Source: an uncultured Candidatus Saccharibacteria bacterium
Lineage (GTDB): Bacteria; Patescibacteriota; Minisyncoccia; Phycocordibacterales; EsbW-18
NCBI GenBank assembly: GCA_964564385.1
Contig: CAZMAP010000002.1
Coordinates: 1-40,812, forward strand
DNA: 40,812 nt
Direction of reading: 5' to 3'
Part shown: positions 7,291 to 15,795 of the stretch, in pieces
How positions within the stretch are numbered: position 1 is the stretch's first letter
Layout: every line of letters starts with the position of its first letter
Made by a program: the position numbers and the translations under genes
Notes under the pieces: model-generated
Database searches by the model: none
What the model was told of the DNA's origin: nothing
Seen by the model: only the letters and a program-made list of their open reading frames with translations

Positions 7291-7749
7291 ATGGGTATCG
7301 AAGGAGCACCACACGAGATTCCGCAAGGAGAAACAGAGAAAACACCTGCATCAAAAGAACTTCCACCACACGAGCGCGAGGTTGTGAGTGCACTCAGTGA
7401 TCACTCGGCAGAAGTGGCAGAAATCGTTGGGGCTGATTTCAGTGCTGTTCTCGAAGCGGTCAAATTGTTGGGACCTGGCAATCCAGAGAACAGGAGGCTC
7501 GTTACGGAATGGACGGTGAGGGAAGAGGAGGCCGTGCGTCGGAACACTGAGCGCGAGCCTTTGGCTCGCGCCTCAATTCGGTTCAACATCCAGAGAGCGG
7601 AGCTCTACTTCGCTGCTGGAAACATTGATGGAGCGATTGATTGTCTTTATGACGCTATCGATCAAGCGGCAAATGAGGGTCACGACGATCTTCGTCAGGA
7701 AGCTCAAATGAGGGCTGACTCAGTGACGGCACAGAGTCGCTGGGCATAA
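7291..7749 (+). CDS. Hypothetical protein
   Basis: 152-aa ORF in an intergenic-sized slot. No motif recognised. Confidence 0.45.
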   Translation: MGIEGAPHEIPQGETEKTPASKELPPHEREVVSALSDHSAEVAEIVGADFSAVLEAVKLLGPGNPENRRLVTEWTVREEEAVRRNTEREPLARASIRFNIQRAELYFAAGNIDGAIDCLYDAIDQAANEGHDDLRQEAQMRADSVTAQSRWA

Positions 7750-7812
7750 GGGAATGAATCCGTTTATACTGTGTGAGCAATCCGTAGGAGATTATTTTCT
7801 AACTTTATATCT

Positions 7813-8748
7813 ATGACAAAGAGCCTCTTAACCAAACTTCCTCTCTTCGTTTTTGTGCTCGCAGGTCTCGTGCTTGCACACAATGCCCATGCCGCCGATG
7901 TTCAATGCTCGTTCACACGCGACCTCACGCTCGGTGATACTGGCGAGGATATTCGCTGTTTGCAAAAGTATCTCAACGGGGCAGGATTTACTGTTGCCAC
8001 AACAGGTGTTGGTTCCCCGGGAAACGAAACGAGTCTCTATCGAGAGCACACGGTTGAGGCGGTAAAAAAGTGGCAGACGGCTCGTGGTATCTCGCCAGCA
8101 ACGGGCACCTTCGGTCCTCTCTCGCGCTTGTCGTACACTAAGTCGCTCGCCGCATCCGTTGCCGCCACAACTCCGGCACCTGTCATTGCGGCACCGAGTA
8201 CAACAGTGACAAAGCCGTCGGTCACGACACCGTCATCACAAGAGAATAATGCGCGAACGAGGCTCAAGGCGGCAATCGAATCGCTCGAAGACGCAAAGAA
8301 AGAATTCAATGACGCGGAGGATAACAACGATGATACTGGTGATGCTGAGGACATGATCAATGACGCCAACGAGAGCTTCTTTGATGCTGTTCGTTCGTTT
8401 TTGAAAGACGACTTCACGCAAGCAGTTGATTATGCCGATGAGGCGCGGAATTTTGCCGATGACGCACAAGATGAGATTGATGGCGACGGCGATGACGATG
8501 CCACCGAGAAAGATGCTCGTAAGGCAATCAACAATGCCGAGGATGATATCAGCAACGCAGAAGATGACATCAACCAGGCCGACGACGACGGTGTCAATGT
8601 CAGGGACGCAGAAGATCTTCTCGACGATGCCAACAATCTTCTCGACGATGCCAATGATGCCTTTGACGATGAAGACTGGGACGAAGTGATCGACATCGTC
8701 GACGAGATTAACGATGTCCTCGACGACATCGACAACGAGCTCGATTAA
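7813..8748 (+). CDS. Secreted protein: signal peptide, peptidoglycan-binding domain, Asp-rich acidic tail
   Basis: Signal peptide LAHNAHA. A PG_binding_1-like segment: LTLGDTGEDIRCLQKYLN...AVKKWQTARGISPATGTFGPLS. The C-terminal half is D/E/N low complexity. Confidence 0.75.
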   Translation: MTKSLLTKLPLFVFVLAGLVLAHNAHAADVQCSFTRDLTLGDTGEDIRCLQKYLNGAGFTVATTGVGSPGNETSLYREHTVEAVKKWQTARGISPATGTFGPLSRLSYTKSLAASVAATTPAPVIAAPSTTVTKPSVTTPSSQENNARTRLKAAIESLEDAKKEFNDAEDNNDDTGDAEDMINDANESFFDAVRSFLKDDFTQAVDYADEARNFADDAQDEIDGDGDDDATEKDARKAINNAEDDISNAEDDINQADDDGVNVRDAEDLLDDANNLLDDANDAFDDEDWDEVIDIVDEINDVLDDIDNELD

Positions 8749-8845
8749 GGTTTATTTGTTGCCACGCGATATGCGTGGGGGACAAGAAGGCCCCAAGAGG
8801 GGCCTTCTTTGATATACTTGGAGAAGCTAGCTAAAAAGAACAGAT

Positions 8846-11608
8846 ATGAAACAAAACTCTATTGCTATGGGGGTGCAAACGAAGATGACGAGGCTGTTTC
8901 TTGGTGTTTTTTGTTGTGCTGTTGTGCTCGCTCTCTTTCCTGGTGTGTCACAGGCCGCTACAGCTTTGGACTCTATTCCCGATGCGGTGAAGAGTCAATA
9001 CACATTCAATGGTTCGATTTATGCGGCTGTCAGTGACGGGAACACCCTCTATGTCGGCGGCGAATTCACATCGGTGGCGCTTTCATCGCCCGGAGATCCG
9101 GTCGAGTATGAGCGCACACACATCGCGGCGATCGACCTGTCAACGTATACCCTCACCACTCTCGATACGGTGCTTGATGATGCGGTCCGTTCTCTTGAGC
9201 TCGCATCAGATGGCACGCTCTATGTTGGCGGTGATTTCTCGACGGTTGATGGCGCAGAAAATCCTTTTCTTGTCGCTCTCAATACAAGCACGGGGGTTGC
9301 ACTGTCTTCTTTTGCATCAGCACCGGATGCCTCGGTTGTTGCTCTGGCACTCTCACCTGACGAGTCGGTTCTCTATGGTGGTGGGGGCTTCTCAACCCCA
9401 GCCTCGAATGTTGTTGCATACACAACCTCGGACAGGACGGAGACTGCTTTTAGTGCACAGGCGGACCTTTCGGTTAGGGCGCTTTCAGTATCATCTGACG
9501 GAGCGTCGCTCTATATAGGAGGCGATTTCACCAAGGTGGGAGGAGAAATTCCCCAGATCGGCATAGCTCGTGTTGATGCGGATACGGGCGTGTTGGACGG
9601 CTCGTTCGCCTCTGCGCTTTCGGGCGGCAGTATATACGGCATGCAGCTTTCTTCGGATGATGGTGTGCTGTATGTGGGTGGCGATTTTGACACCTTCTTC
9701 ACACAAAGCGGCGAGGGAGCAATCTTCAATGAGACAACAAAAGCATTTGTAGCATCTCCAAAAGTTTCGACGCAGGCTGGGGGAGGCGATGCAACAATTT
9801 ATGCGGTGATCCCGGACGGTGATGGAGGGTGGTATATCGGAGGAAGTTTCACTCACGTGGGAAACACGGCACAGGCGCGGCTCGCGCACATCACTGCTGC
9901 AGGAGCGCTCGATACGAGCTTCGATCCTGTCATCAACAACGGACAGGTGAACGCATTGGAGCTTTCGCTCGACGGTACAGTGCTCTATGCGGGCGGATCG
10001 TTCAACCAGGTCGAAGGGGTGGCACATAGGCACGTTGCCGCATTCTCGACGGCAACCGGCGCGGCTACGGCGTTCGATCCCGATCCCGATGCAACAGTTC
10101 GTGATCTTGAGCTTTCGTCCGACGGCGATACGCTCTATATAGCGGGCGATTTCAGTGCGGTGGCGGGAGGCAGTCGCCACGGAATCGCGGCGTTCGATGT
10201 GGGGACCGATGGCTCGCTTCTAGCGTTCGACGCCGATCTCTACGGCGCTGGGTATGCCATCGAGCTGTCGGCCGATGATTCTGTTTTGTATGCTGGTGGA
10301 AATTTTACGAGCGTCAAGTATGGTGCTGGGCCCGGGACGCTCCGAGACCGCATCGCGGCATTTACCACGGCTGGTGCAGGGGCAGTGACGGCTTTTAACC
10401 CAGGCGCCGACAGCATCGTGCACGACCTCCTTCTTTCGGGGGGCGGAGGGACTTTGTACGCGGGAGGAGAGTTCTCTGTTGCAGGAGGTGAGGCGAGAGG
10501 ACGTTTTGCGGCACTCGATACTGTAACGGGCAGTTCAGCGGGCCTTTCTGATATTGGTATCACGGGAGGTATCGCAGCGGTCTTTTCAATGGGGGTCGCG
10601 TCAGATGGAGAGACTGTGTACCTTGGTGGAGATGATTTCGCTGAGGTCGGCGGCGTGGCGCGAACGCGTTTTGCCGAAATCGATGCGGCGACAGGAGCAG
10701 TGACAAGCTTTAATCCTGCTTTTGATGATACGGTGTACGCTGTTGCTGTTGATGCAAGCGCTGGGAGACTTTATGTGGGCGGCAGCTCGTCGGGGTTCGG
10801 GTTCGAGACAGCTTCAAAGATTGTTGCAATCAACACAGCTGACGGCTCGTTTGTCTCTAGCTTTGCACCAAGCGCGAACAATACCGTGCGCGTACTCAAG
10901 CTTTCGCCCGATGACACGATTCTCTATGCCGGCGGGCTTTTTACCGACATCTCGAGCACGGCGCGCAACTATCTTGCCGCACTCGATACATCTGACGGTT
11001 CACTAACGGCATTTGACCCGTCGGGGACGTTCTCGGTCTATGGCATGTCGCTTGCGCCGGATGACTCGGAATTGTATGTGGGGAGTTTTGATGACGGCGA
11101 CGCCATGGCGTCTGACCTGCTCATCTTTGATGCAGATGGAGATGCTGGCGGGGCAGGTGATGACGATGATGACGACGGTTCGGGGGGCGGTGATACGGGG
11201 AGCAGTGGCTCGAGCCGCCGCGGCGCCGCGCACTCAACTCAGGGAAACAGTCGCCTTTTCTTCCTTCTCGAAAGACTTCGCGATCTTTTGAGAGAGCTCG
11301 TCAGTATAGGGGGGACGATTCCTCCGGGCGCGGAGCAGTATCTCATGGATGATAGCGTTGGGAGTGCATGCTCGTTTGGGCGCGATCTCACGCTTGGTGA
11401 CAGAGGAAATGATGTGATCTGCCTTCAGAAGATTCTCATCACGCGTGCGGTTGGCACCGCTGGGCAGGCGCTGGGAGCCAATGGCGCAACAGGATTCTTT
11501 GGTGCTCTCACACAAGCGGCTCTTACTGAGTTTCAGGCATCAGTGGGTATCACGCCGTCGGCTGGGTACTTTGGTTCTGTGACTCGCGCATACATGAGCA
11601 CGCTTTGA
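8846..11608 (+). CDS. Large secreted beta-propeller repeat protein (delta-60/DUF5122-like repeats) with C-terminal peptidoglycan-binding domain
   Basis: At least 12 repeats of the type V.AL.LS.DG..LY.GG.F..V.G..R..IAA.D..TG....F.P, a poly-Asp linker, then LTLGDRGNDVICLQKIL...LTEFQASVGITPSAGYFGSVT. Confidence 0.8.
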   Translation: MKQNSIAMGVQTKMTRLFLGVFCCAVVLALFPGVSQAATALDSIPDAVKSQYTFNGSIYAAVSDGNTLYVGGEFTSVALSSPGDPVEYERTHIAAIDLSTYTLTTLDTVLDDAVRSLELASDGTLYVGGDFSTVDGAENPFLVALNTSTGVALSSFASAPDASVVALALSPDESVLYGGGGFSTPASNVVAYTTSDRTETAFSAQADLSVRALSVSSDGASLYIGGDFTKVGGEIPQIGIARVDADTGVLDGSFASALSGGSIYGMQLSSDDGVLYVGGDFDTFFTQSGEGAIFNETTKAFVASPKVSTQAGGGDATIYAVIPDGDGGWYIGGSFTHVGNTAQARLAHITAAGALDTSFDPVINNGQVNALELSLDGTVLYAGGSFNQVEGVAHRHVAAFSTATGAATAFDPDPDATVRDLELSSDGDTLYIAGDFSAVAGGSRHGIAAFDVGTDGSLLAFDADLYGAGYAIELSADDSVLYAGGNFTSVKYGAGPGTLRDRIAAFTTAGAGAVTAFNPGADSIVHDLLLSGGGGTLYAGGEFSVAGGEARGRFAALDTVTGSSAGLSDIGITGGIAAVFSMGVASDGETVYLGGDDFAEVGGVARTRFAEIDAATGAVTSFNPAFDDTVYAVAVDASAGRLYVGGSSSGFGFETASKIVAINTADGSFVSSFAPSANNTVRVLKLSPDDTILYAGGLFTDISSTARNYLAALDTSDGSLTAFDPSGTFSVYGMSLAPDDSELYVGSFDDGDAMASDLLIFDADGDAGGAGDDDDDDGSGGGDTGSSGSSRRGAAHSTQGNSRLFFLLERLRDLLRELVSIGGTIPPGAEQYLMDDSVGSACSFGRDLTLGDRGNDVICLQKILITRAVGTAGQALGANGATGFFGALTQAALTEFQASVGITPSAGYFGSVTRAYMSTL

Positions 11609-11668
11609 GTGGAGGAGTTCTGTTTCCCGATAGTGTTTTGATTCAACTATTCTTTATCGTTCATCACC

Positions 11669-12199
11669 ATGAGCACACCAGCAGTAATTGTCAGTGATCT
11701 TATTATGTGGGGTGTCCTCGTGCTTCAAATTGTTGTTGTTGTTGGCCTTGGTGTATTTATCTTTGCGCGAGACAGTGTCTCTGCGTTTATTGAACGGCAT
11801 GCGCTTTTCATCGCATTCCTTCTTGCTGGGGTCTCTATCCTCGGGAGTTTCTATTATTCGAGCATTCTCGGATTTGAGCCGTGTCGTTTGTGCATCTATC
11901 AACGCTGGCTCATGATAGCGCTTCTCATTGTTGCGGGTATCGCAGTATATCGTGGCGATCGTAATGCGTTTCCGTATATTGCGGGGATCTCGCTCATGGG
12001 CCTTGCCGTTGCGGTGTATCAGATATTTCTCCCATTCTTTAAACCAAGCTACATCTGCGCGCCGGGGGAGGTGTCATGCACCACCACCTATGTCACTGGA
12101 TTCGGATACATCACGATTCCGGTCATCTCTCTTACGGTATTTGCCGCAATGCTTCTTGTGTGGGCCTTTCAGCGACGCTCAAAGCCGGTGGTGCTATAA
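11669..12199 (+). CDS. Disulfide bond formation protein (DsbB/BdbC family)
   Basis: Four TM segments, the CRLCIYQRW motif, and a second Cys pair C..GEVSC in the periplasmic loop. Confidence 0.75.
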   Translation: MSTPAVIVSDLIMWGVLVLQIVVVVGLGVFIFARDSVSAFIERHALFIAFLLAGVSILGSFYYSSILGFEPCRLCIYQRWLMIALLIVAGIAVYRGDRNAFPYIAGISLMGLAVAVYQIFLPFFKPSYICAPGEVSCTTTYVTGFGYITIPVISLTVFAAMLLVWAFQRRSKPVVL

Positions 12200-12241
12200 T
12201 CTCGTGCAAGAAGGTTTTAGATTTAATCACTAATATTCCCT

Positions 12242-13096
12242 ATGGATTCACTTATAAAAGAGCGATCGATGAAGGTGCTCTCTGCGCTCGGCATTGTTCT
12301 CACAATCTATGTTGGTGTTCTTGCGCTCGCAAAGCTTCGCGAATATCCCTACATTGGTTCGCAGTACCCGAGTGGCAATGTTATCACCGTCACCGGCGAG
12401 GGCGAGGTGTTTGCCGTTCCTGACATTGCGGAAATCAGCTTTAGCGTAAATGAAGAGGCGGACACATTGCCCGCAGCACAGGAGGTTGCTGCCACCAAGA
12501 TGAATGCCGCAATCGACTATCTCACGTCGAACGGTGTGGATGAGAAAGATATCAAGACGACCAATTATAGCGCAAACCCTCGCTACGAATATCGTAACGC
12601 TGGTGTGATGCCGATGTACGACACGTCGGTGCGCGAAGGTGTGAGCACCGGAAGCGCGGGGTCTGCAGTGACGATGTCATATCCTGTGCCGGGTGGTGAT
12701 ACACGTGTACTCGTTGGCTACGATGTCAACCAGACCATCTCGGTGAAGGTTCGTGATACCAAGAAGGCCGGTGAGCTCATCGCGGGTGTCACCGCGCAGG
12801 GTATCACCGATGTCTACGGTCCCAACTTCACCATCGACGATGAAGACAAACTCCAGCGCGAGGCGCGTCAGGATGCTATCAAGGATGCTCGTGCAAAGGC
12901 CAAGGAGCTCGCCGACGACCTCGATGTGCGCTTGGTCCGCGTTGTCTCGTTCAATGACAACAATGGAGGGTACTATCCGATGTATGCAAAGGTGGAGATG
13001 GCAATGGATAGTGGTTCTGTGCCGACAGCACCAAACATCACGCCGGGCGAGAATCGCATTGCAGCATCAGTGACGATTACCTACGAGATTCGATAG
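12242..13096 (+). CDS. SIMPL/DUF541 domain protein
   Basis: N-terminal TM, ITVTGEGEVFAVPDIAEISFSV, and ...ARAKAKELADDLDVRLVRVVSF... are typical SIMPL. An alternative start is at 12269. Confidence 0.75.
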   Translation: MDSLIKERSMKVLSALGIVLTIYVGVLALAKLREYPYIGSQYPSGNVITVTGEGEVFAVPDIAEISFSVNEEADTLPAAQEVAATKMNAAIDYLTSNGVDEKDIKTTNYSANPRYEYRNAGVMPMYDTSVREGVSTGSAGSAVTMSYPVPGGDTRVLVGYDVNQTISVKVRDTKKAGELIAGVTAQGITDVYGPNFTIDDEDKLQREARQDAIKDARAKAKELADDLDVRLVRVVSFNDNNGGYYPMYAKVEMAMDSGSVPTAPNITPGENRIAASVTITYEIR

Positions 13097-13133
13097 ATAA
13101 GGCGACAATTAAAAGGTGATAACGAATTGAGAA

Positions 13134-13166
13134 GCCCGCTTCGAGAGAGGCGGGTTTTCTTTTTTA
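13134..13166 (+). terminator. Intrinsic terminator
   Basis: CCCGCT...GGCGGG stem plus TTTTCTTTTTT. Confidence 0.7.
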
Positions 13167-13184
13167 GGCTATATTTCAGAGGTA

Positions 13185-13213
13185 TTGACAAAGTCGACCA
13201 AAAGGCCTATAAT
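13185..13213 (+). promoter_or_regulatory. Perfect-consensus sigma70 promoter TTGACA-17-TATAAT
   Basis: TTGACA at 13185-13190 and TATAAT at 13208-13213. It is followed by a ~140-nt leader with the hairpin GGTTAGTT..GCTTTTA...TAAAAGC..AACTAACC. Confidence 0.7.
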
Positions 13214-13363
13214 GAACTCGGAAGCACTTTCAAAAGAACTACGGGTTAGTTGCGGCTTTTAGCGCATTTCTCGTGCCTTAAAAGCTGTAACTAACCTAGG
13301 CGAGCTCGAGGCCCGAACCGTTGTGGTGAGGGTGGGGAGCAAACCAAAAGAGGAGTAACGCAA

Positions 13364-14008
13364 ATGGCAAGCAAGCATGCCCCGAACGTCCTGATCTCGG
13401 CAGCGGGATGGCTGATGCAGTTCGTCAGTCTCCTGATCAAGGGCCTTCTGGCCCGGGGCTGGGACAGCGAGCGCATTCACGCGCTCGCCACCGACAAGGG
13501 TGCGGCGGACATGGAGCGCCTCGTCGAGGCGGTTCTCAACGCTTTCGCTGCGCCGCTGGCTCCCGTGATCGATCTCGCAACCGGCATCTGCCGATTTACG
13601 GTCGACTTCACGAAGACGCTCGAGGAGATGATCGCCGCCGGGAAGTACGACTGGCGGAACAACGTCATCACCTCACAGCTGTTCCCCATCGTCGGGAACG
13701 GTACGGTCGTCGTGGACGCCAAGCTGTTCCACTTCGGCCGCAGTACCACTTCCAACGAAGTCGAGCGCGAGCTCGAAACCGCCGGATACCGTTCGGCGAC
13801 CATCGCGGAACTCCTGGCTTTCGGGGCATCGTTCCCGGAAGTCCAGCGACAGTTCCCGGTGATCGCTCTCGGCTCCGTCACGAAGGTCAGTGGCGGCCGC
13901 AGCGTCCCGTGCCTCGTCCGGCACGGCGCGGAGCGGAGCCTCGACCTCGACTGGCGCGGCCGCGTCTGGGGCGACGCCTGTCGGATCCTGGCCGTTCGCA
14001 TCAAGTAG
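13364..14008 (+). CDS. Orphan protein, GC-rich cassette, paralogue family P (copy 2)
   Basis: SD AAGAGGAG lies upstream of the ATG. The C-terminal segment ATIAELLAFG...FPVIALGS...VPCLVR...DWRGRVWGDACRILAVR resembles copies 1 and 3. The overlapping ORFs in other frames are R/P-rich high-GC artefacts. Confidence 0.65.
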   Translation: MASKHAPNVLISAAGWLMQFVSLLIKGLLARGWDSERIHALATDKGAADMERLVEAVLNAFAAPLAPVIDLATGICRFTVDFTKTLEEMIAAGKYDWRNNVITSQLFPIVGNGTVVVDAKLFHFGRSTTSNEVERELETAGYRSATIAELLAFGASFPEVQRQFPVIALGSVTKVSGGRSVPCLVRHGAERSLDLDWRGRVWGDACRILAVRIK

Positions 14009-14069
14009 TTCTCTGGTTCTTGACCCTTTGCTTCGCCGTCAGGCGAATAGCACTCGGGTCTTGGACCTT

Positions 14070-14110
14070 CCCGGCGCAACCTACCAAGGTGGCGCCGGGC
14101 TTTCGTTTTT
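14070..14110 (+). terminator. Intrinsic terminator with GCTTTCGTTTTT tail
   Basis: CCCGGCGC(14070-14077)/GCGCCGGG(14092-14099), then CTTTCGTTTTT. Confidence 0.75.
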
Positions 14111-14111
14111 A

Positions 14112-14362
14112 TATAATTAAACCAACAGACGAAAAATCTAAGGTCACGGCTTTAGATAGTTTGTTCGCACGCTCGGGAGTGAGAGTTTCGACGGCTACGG
14201 TTGTCGGAAGGGTGTTTCCGAGTTCTGAATAAAAACCAGAGAAAGTTGGTGCGTTCGGGAATCCTGATTCACAAGAGTGACAGGGGACACTCCAGACTCC
14301 CGCTCTAGGGTGTGAGCCTTTCAGCCTGTCGACGCGCCGCGTCGGCGGGCTGTGCTGTTTTT
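14112..14362 (+). ncRNA. Candidate ORF-free transcript ending in a strong terminator
   Basis: It lies between two terminators, with TATAAT at 14112-14117. There is long-range pairing CGGGAGT/ACTCCCG. A 14-bp GC stem (14323-14336/14338-14351, two G-U pairs) is followed by a T-run to 14362. No credible ORF. Confidence 0.25.
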
Positions 14363-14610
14363 AAGAATGACTGAAAGTATTTTTTAGTAATACTACTTTC
14401 CAAACCAAGCTCACTAGAAGCGGCTTCGTGCTTTTCGTGCAAACACACAGTATGGCTAATCTTGCGGAGAATCAGTGTTCAAAATAAGAAGTTGGCTCGG
14501 GTCTTTTTGGGAACATTGGTACAACCCTTGACTTGTGGCGTGCTGTGCGGAGAATGGGCCTCGGACCATAGCCGCATAGCGTGCGGCACAGCGCAGGAAA
14601 GGAGTTGGAA

Positions 14611-15522
14611 ATGCAAGAGCAAGTGCTGGGGACACAACATCCGCTTGAGGGCCGTTTGTTCAGCCGGAGGACCTTTTCCAACTGGAAGGGGCGACTGGAA
14701 AAGGCGACGGAGGTAGATGAGATGGTGAGCCTGCTTTATGGTGGGTTCAGGCTCCACTCCTTGTCTCACGACGAGGAGAATGAGCGCCTTATCATCTACT
14801 TGAGTTATGCAGATGGTGGGCAGAGTAATCCTGCGAACGAGATAACCGAGAAGGCGTTTGCGGAACTTTCTCGCGTGTTCACGCTTCCGAAGGCCGGATC
14901 GGATAAGACACAGAGAATTATGTACTGGTTGTATCGGCTCTCCGAGCGTGATGTCTTCGGTAAATTCCTCTGGTTCTTCGATCCAAAACGTAACAACATC
15001 CCGCCTCGGTTCAGTCGGAGTCAGGCGCAAGGTGTTGTTGCAGAGTTTCTCGAGACGGTTCTTTCGGCACTGTCTCGCTGGGGTGACTACATTAGCCGCC
15101 CTTTGAATGTGGCTCAACTTTCTCACTACGAAGAGAGCGCCGTGATGTGGTCGGAGGCTCGCACCGCAATCATGGACATCATGGAAAGAAACGGCACTCT
15201 GCGTTCTCTCCACCCTGGACTGTGGAGGAAGGGCCCGACGCGACGCCATCTCAAGCACATGGCGTGCCGGAGTGTCTTTGGGTATTCCAAAGTCTCCGGC
15301 CCGATTATGAACGATTTTCTCTTGGCGCACGCACTCAAGGAAAACAACCAGGCAGCGTGGATCCTTGCCCGAGAGCATTTCGAGAGAAAACTGCGCGCCA
15401 GAGAGCTCTGGAAAGAGCGGAATGCGCGTCGTCGGGAGAGGAAGACGACGCTTCTGTCTGAGGTCAGGGAAGCGGAGGTTCGGCTCGAACTGGCACGAAG
15501 ACGAGTCGCGGGTCTTTCTTGA
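14611..15522 (+). CDS. Orphan protein (303 aa) with basic coiled-coil C-terminus, GC-rich cassette
   Basis: The ATG at 14611 is preceded by GGAAAGGAG. A promoter-like TTGACT(14528-14533)-16-GAGAAT lies upstream. No motif recognised. The antisense 299-aa ORF was rejected. Confidence 0.6.
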   Translation: MQEQVLGTQHPLEGRLFSRRTFSNWKGRLEKATEVDEMVSLLYGGFRLHSLSHDEENERLIIYLSYADGGQSNPANEITEKAFAELSRVFTLPKAGSDKTQRIMYWLYRLSERDVFGKFLWFFDPKRNNIPPRFSRSQAQGVVAEFLETVLSALSRWGDYISRPLNVAQLSHYEESAVMWSEARTAIMDIMERNGTLRSLHPGLWRKGPTRRHLKHMACRSVFGYSKVSGPIMNDFLLAHALKENNQAAWILAREHFERKLRARELWKERNARRRERKTTLLSEVREAEVRLELARRRVAGLS

Positions 15523-15667
15523 TCTACGGACCCTCCTGCAGTTCTTTTTTGGCTTGTCGGCAGGTTCGTCGGATTCTGGCTCGTCATTGACTGGCCTCCC
15601 GAGAGCCTCGTTCTGGTTCTGACGTCTCCTTTGGAGTCGTGAACCTAGTCTTCGACCTAGTTTTCTT

Positions 15668-15735
15668 GGGCACTACCGCCTACCACACCCGTTGGTGTAT
15701 CAGCGGGAGCCTCGCAGCGATGCGGGGCTTTTTGT
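15668..15735 (+). repeat. ~70-nt double-hairpin element, copy A
   Basis: GGGCACT.CCGCC.ACC...CCCGTTGGTGTATCA.CGGG.GCCTCGCA....TGCGGGGC + T-run. About 80 percent identical by eye to 25496-25567. Differences fall in loops or preserve pairing. Confidence 0.75.
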
Positions 15736-15795
15736 ATCTCAACACCACACACCATCTTCTTTTTTGCAAAACTGATACAATAAAGTGCAAAGCAT

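Noticed and set aside
8426-8735. Alternative-frame ORFs (M/T/P-rich and S-rich) in the Asp-rich tail of 7813..8748, and the possibility that the GAT/GAC-rich tract is a non-coding repeat or CRISPR-like array
   Set aside because: The tract is in frame with a signal peptide plus PG-binding domain and has no regular repeat-spacer periodicity. No CRISPR array is present anywhere in the window.
13408-14232. Long alternative-frame and antisense ORFs (13408..14232 +, 13477..14079 -) overlapping 13364..14008
   Set aside because: Their translations are Arg/Pro/Gly/Ser-rich with no SD, which is typical of open frames created by high GC. The 13364 frame has an SD and a promoter, and it resembles two other ORFs in the window.
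14479-15378. 299-aa antisense ORF opposite 14611..15522
   Set aside because: It has no SD or promoter and a Cys/Arg/Pro-rich composition. The + strand frame has GGAAAGGAG-ATG and a protein-like sequence. Only one of the two can reasonably be coding.
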